Position numbers and translations under genes: made by a program. From Bdellovibrionota bacterium (GTDB lineage Bacteria > Bdellovibrionota_C > UBA2361 > JBIKWN01), in assembly GCA_044356295.1 (NCBI GenBank), contig JBIKWN010000012.1, positions 1 to 51,268 of the forward strand: a stretch of 51,268 bases of DNA. Direction: 5' to 3'. Below, in pieces: positions 47,326 to 51,268 of this stretch (position 1 is its first letter; every line of letters begins with the position of its first letter). A model generated the notes under the pieces. That model did no database searches, was not told the DNA's origin, and was given only the letters and a program-made list of their open reading frames with translations.

Positions 47326-47461
47326 TGATTTCAAATAGATGATTGAAATCAAGTGATAACTAAATTGTTACCGTGATGTCATATCGATATTTTGTGTATA
47401 CATTTAAAGCTATTCAGAATAATCTCTCGGATTCTATTAATTATTATTTTTGGAGAATTTC

Positions 47462-47665
47462 GTGAGAAAAATTATAGCTCTTTTAATCATATCTGCAGTC
47501 TTATCTTCATGTACTAGCAAGGCAGGTCCATTTGTTACTAACATTAGCAGTGATGGCGCAGGGGGGATTGTTGTTGAAAAATGTATGGTGTCACTCCAAC
47601 GTCAAATCAACACAATGGAAAATTCAGATTGTACAAATTCTAATATCAAGTTATCTGGAAAGTAG
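47462..47665 (+). CDS. Small lipoprotein
   Basis: GGAG RBS, GTG start, lipobox LSSC, two further Cys. Confidence 0.75.
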   Translation: MRKIIALLIISAVLSSCTSKAGPFVTNISSDGAGGIVVEKCMVSLQRQINTMENSDCTNSNIKLSGK

Positions 47666-47773
47666 TATTCAAAGGGACAAGAAAAATCCTGCTGTTAAAC
47701 AGGGCGTATGATTTGATGGTAGTTTCATCAATAATTCGCCTTGTTCCCGCAGCATACCTATTAGCCTTCTTTG

Positions 47774-48424
47774 TCAGCGCCCAACCATCCCAGTAAGATG
47801 ATTAATAACAATAAAGTGACAAACGCTTCCGCTTAGAACACACAGATGCCAAAGATTATGGCCATCGATATGCCAATTCCACTTTGATCGAGAATCGAGA
47901 ATGAAAATCACCGATCCAAAAGAATAAAAAAGCGCGCCACCAATGAGCCAAGGAATAAAAGTTAAAGGCACATTTGACGAAATTGGAACAATCGCTAGGA
48001 TGAAAAGCCATCCCATCAAAAGATAAACAGTCACGTGATTAATCTTTGAAAACAGACCACCATAAATCACACTTGCTATCCCGATCAGTGCCAACATCCA
48101 TTCAGTACCTAACATAATCCAACCAAGTGTTCCCTTAATCATAAGAAAACAGACGGGCGTATAGGTTCCTGCAATAAGTAGAAAAATTGCACAGTAATCA
48201 AACTGTTCTAAAAAGTGAGCAACTCTGGGGGAGCAGTGGATTCCATGATTCAGTGCACTAGCAAGATAAAGCAAAATCAAACTCGTGCCATAAACAGCAC
48301 TGACAATAAGCATTGTATTGTTGTTACCGGATGCTTTCACAAGACTCATCAGTCCGGCGATTGAGAGTAAAAACCCTACTAAGTGTGAAAGTGCTGGAAA
48401 GGGTTCTTTGATATATTTTTGCAT
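47774..48424 (-). CDS. Hemolysin III / PAQR family membrane protein
   Basis: EP...SH, DYCAIFLLIAGTYTP, YLLMGW and HNLWHLCVL; seven TM helices. Confidence 0.92.
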   Translation of the reverse strand: MQKYIKEPFPALSHLVGFLLSIAGLMSLVKASGNNNTMLIVSAVYGTSLILLYLASALNHGIHCSPRVAHFLEQFDYCAIFLLIAGTYTPVCFLMIKGTLGWIMLGTEWMLALIGIASVIYGGLFSKINHVTVYLLMGWLFILAIVPISSNVPLTFIPWLIGGALFYSFGSVIFILDSRSKWNWHIDGHNLWHLCVLSGSVCHFIVINHLTGMVGR

Positions 48425-48545
48425 ATACCACTCACAGGGTACTCCCATCGAACACAACTAACCACCCATAGTATCAGAGGAAAAGCAGATATTTTTGACT
48501 AGCTCGATGCATTGAGGATAATTAGGACTATCAGGGACAATTTAA

Positions 48546-50123
48546 ATGCTTCAGAAACTCCGCCACGGGCGATCCCCAATTGTATTTCATCCGCAACAAC
48601 GAGAGCTCAGTTATGAGCTTTTGAGGTGTGCTGTCGGAGCTACAAAACCGTTACTCGACAGGATTGAAGTTTCAAAACAGCGAAGAATCGATTCGTTTTT
48701 TTCTGATTTTCAAACTCATCTTAAACAAAACGGACAAACCTGGTTCGTCAAAAATCCAGATTCTGCTAAAGGGGCTCTTTTATCAATTATTGAAACCCTT
48801 TTACCCGTACGTTGGAGTGAGGCAAAACAGCTACCAAAACCTGTTAATACCAAACAAGTTGCTGGACTTGAAGAGATCGAATTATCTTATACACTTCGCA
48901 AATTTTGTGTATGGTATTTAAATGGTCAGCTCCCTGAAAAAAACGATTATTTTTTATCAGCACTAAAGAGTTGGACAACAAAAATTCAAAGTGAAGGAAT
49001 TCAAAATTATAAAGCTTTGAATGAAATACGTCAGCAATCAAACGAACATGGGATTAAACTTATCCATCCCGCTTTTGCATTAACATTTACAGCGATAAAC
49101 ATTTTGCACGACTTACAACGACTCAGTGGAGTTGAAAAAAATGCTGAAACAAGAGCACGTACAGGTTATGCACTTGAGTGTTACCGATATTATTCGTTAG
49201 TGTCTGAAGGAATTCCAGTTGCTTTACTTGAATATCAATCAAAAAAAGGGAGCAATAATCAAGATTACCGTGAATTTAAAAAATATCTTTATTCTGAAAA
49301 ATTTCCCCTTGATATTTTGTCGAAGCAATTAGGAATAGATGAATCTGCCCCGAGTGCACTTCCGAGGAGCGAGCTAAGAGTTCTTGCGCCAAAAATAGAA
49401 AGAGTTCTGAAAGTAGTAAAACGAGAATTAGATCGGGGCAGAATACCCTTTATTTCTTGCCATATTAATCTTGTCCGAGAAGTATTAGCACTCTATTTGA
49501 AAAATGAAGGTTTGAACGCAAAACTTGTAATGATAGATGCAACACACAATCATCTTACCCGTGAAAATGCTTGGAAAGAGATCGGTAAAGATAATGCTAT
49601 AGTCGTACTTGCAGGCGAAGTGACAGCGCCAACAGTTATTAATCATGTAAAACCGATTACCGTTATTCCTATAACACAGCATCCCGTTCCATTAACTGAT
49701 TATCCGTTTGTCTTATCATTAAGAGAAGGTGGGGGAGACGTAAAAGTTGTTCCAATTATTGGAAACTATTCACCTGACGCTGCCAGAAGAAAAAGAGTCA
49801 AACCAAAAGATTTCGCCGTAAAAGAATACAAGAGATTATCAATTGCAATGACATCGTTTCTTGATGGGGATGAAGCTTTCAAACAGCAAGCAATGGAAGA
49901 TTTTATCAGTGATTTTGAATCTGTGCTAAAAAAAGCACAGCGAAAAAAAGACAATAATGAATTCACCAATGGATTAGTTGAAATGATTCAAAATAGATTA
50001 TCTTCAGCGCGCCAACATTACGGCTCAGATCATCTCCCCTTATTAAATTTTTCTATCGAATGTAAGAATCGAACGAATGGAAAATTCGGTGCTGTCTATC
50101 AGGAATTATTGAACATAACTTAA
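48546..50123 (+). CDS. Hypothetical protein, possible degenerate SNF2-type helicase C-terminal fold
   Basis: PKIERVLKVVKRELDRGRIPFISC...LVMIDAT patterns like SNF2 RecA2; no Walker A or DEAH. Confidence 0.6.
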   Translation: MLQKLRHGRSPIVFHPQQRELSYELLRCAVGATKPLLDRIEVSKQRRIDSFFSDFQTHLKQNGQTWFVKNPDSAKGALLSIIETLLPVRWSEAKQLPKPVNTKQVAGLEEIELSYTLRKFCVWYLNGQLPEKNDYFLSALKSWTTKIQSEGIQNYKALNEIRQQSNEHGIKLIHPAFALTFTAINILHDLQRLSGVEKNAETRARTGYALECYRYYSLVSEGIPVALLEYQSKKGSNNQDYREFKKYLYSEKFPLDILSKQLGIDESAPSALPRSELRVLAPKIERVLKVVKRELDRGRIPFISCHINLVREVLALYLKNEGLNAKLVMIDATHNHLTRENAWKEIGKDNAIVVLAGEVTAPTVINHVKPITVIPITQHPVPLTDYPFVLSLREGGGDVKVVPIIGNYSPDAARRKRVKPKDFAVKEYKRLSIAMTSFLDGDEAFKQQAMEDFISDFESVLKKAQRKKDNNEFTNGLVEMIQNRLSSARQHYGSDHLPLLNFSIECKNRTNGKFGAVYQELLNIT

Positions 50124-51268
50124 TCGCTTCAAGAAGCATCGACTGGATCTAAAAGTATCATTATCCATTGATTTGCCGCTTCTTTCTGAAGCAATATTAG
50201 AATTTTGGTTACAACTAAACTTCCAAACAGATTTAAATGTATTAGGTACGAAAGCTGTATTTTTATCTTGGAATTCTTTCAATCGTTCCCAATCACTTAT
50301 AAAAGGATACTGAGCACTTCCAATCAAAAACTGCAGAGAACCTCTCATAGGACTTTCCAGTTTTGAGGTTACAAGTTGTAAAGGTGCCTCACGATCTTTT
50401 TTTGGAATAAACGTTGCAATCGTAAGTAATTTTTTTAAAGAGTACATACTCAATACTGAACGAGTTGAGGTAACATCAAACGTGGCATAAACTGTAAAAA
50501 GAAAGATCAAAAGGCACATACACCCTTCAAGCCATTTTCTGTGATCAAATATTTTGATTAAGAATATCGAAAAAAAGAGAGAAAAAAGAGCAGGAACTAC
50601 TCCTAGAAGTGGGTAGAGGTAATATGTTCTTTTGGTATCAAGAGAAAAGTATAAAAGTGCAGCAAATGCTGCAAACGAGAACAAACTTGCAAAGAAGAAA
50701 GTAAGAACAAGTTTGTGCGATCGAAGCATGAGAAGAGATTGGATAGAAACTATGATAATAAAAACAAACCCAGATAGCTTGACAAGTCTTGGTAACTTTT
50801 GAAGCAACAACAGAAGCCCATTTTGTTCTTGAGCATATGTAAGGAGAAATCCCCGTAATGAAAACTCTGCAGCTATATTTTTTGTTGTAGAAGAAATGTG
50901 GGGAATAAGAGTTCTTATAATATTTTGTTCAATAAAAAACTCGTAGTAGATAGTCGGCGCCCACAACAAAAAAAGTAATGCGAATAAAAACACGGAGCTA
51001 GCATTTTGATACCTATAATCTGATTCACGCACGATTTGATTGTTCAACCGAGCAATCAAAAAACATACCCAAAAACAAGCAAGCATTGGCAATGAACCAT
51101 AATGAATCTGGATCATGAATGATGAGGTAATCAAAGCTTTTAACACTGCCCCTGGTTTTTTCTGTAAAACCCCTATCAGTGAATGCAGAAGCAGTGGGGT
51201 AAAGAAAAGAAAAAAATGAGGCTGCCAAAAATACCTGAATAGTTCAATTGAAGGTTTGGTTATAAGAG
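50106..51268 (-). CDS. ArnT/PMT-like (GT-C) membrane glycosyltransferase, partial
   Basis: Frame is open to the window end; RYFWQPH and QIH motifs; many TM helices. Confidence 0.65.
   Translation of the reverse strand, partial: LITKPSIELFRYFWQPHFFLFFTPLLLHSLIGVLQKKPGAVLKALITSSFMIQIHYGSLPMLACFWVCFLIARLNNQIVRESDYRYQNASSVFLFALLFLLWAPTIYYEFFIEQNIIRTLIPHISSTTKNIAAEFSLRGFLLTYAQEQNGLLLLLQKLPRLVKLSGFVFIIIVSIQSLLMLRSHKLVLTFFFASLFSFAAFAALLYFSLDTKRTYYLYPLLGVVPALFSLFFSIFLIKIFDHRKWLEGCMCLLIFLFTVYATFDVTSTRSVLSMYSLKKLLTIATFIPKKDREAPLQLVTSKLESPMRGSLQFLIGSAQYPFISDWERLKEFQDKNTAFVPNTFKSVWKFSCNQNSNIASERSGKSMDNDTFRSSRCFLKRLSYVQ

Noticed and set aside
5029..49969. Numerous 60-145 aa ORFs overlapping long genes on the opposite strand or another frame (e.g. 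33249..33677, 38832..39269, 26080..26379)
   Set aside because: Shadow ORFs of well-supported genes, with no independent motifs noticed.
1..51268. Genome-wide TAG recoding
   Set aside because: Many intact genes end at TAG at their expected C-termini (e.g. 11778, 13726, 16086, 41440, 47665). No suppressor tRNA or pyl genes are in the window, and one split gene has a second lesion.

Overview
AT-rich bacterial chromosomal window, rich in ORFans and secreted proteins. The gene style suggests a predatory or host-associated Bdellovibrionota/deltaproteobacterium-like lineage (low-confidence inference). All family calls are by-eye motif recognition; no searches were run. Recognisable genes: a FecR-TPR-beta-barrel receptor divergent from a CHASE2 adenylate cyclase, CbpA/DnaJ, a degenerate pcm plus NlpD-like M23 peptidase, tRNA-Arg(CCT), a fatty-acid desaturase, a COG0523 (ZigA/YciC-like) GTPase, a MerC-like protein, a BamE-like lipoprotein, a trypsin protease, hemolysin-III and an ArnT-like glycosyltransferase. 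The best candidate for an undescribed system is a mirror-symmetric ~10 kb metal locus (30839-40840). It holds a canonical COG0523 GTPase, twin GCAAC-N3-GTTGC operators, two convergent ~820-aa paralogs with an unrecognised helical repeat (one carrying tandem CGCVGTCKC motifs), a divergent CACC-containing COG0523-like fusion and a His/Met-loop MerC-like protein; a relic of a third paralog lies at 44815-44946. The second candidate is a 2.66 kb cassette (DUF6502-like regulator, palindromic operator, two exported proteins, truncated IS110 transposase) bracketed by inverted copies of a 72-bp hairpin element. The window also has a second REP-like hairpin family, sigma-28-like promoters, two genes split by single in-frame TAG codons and one split at an A8 run.
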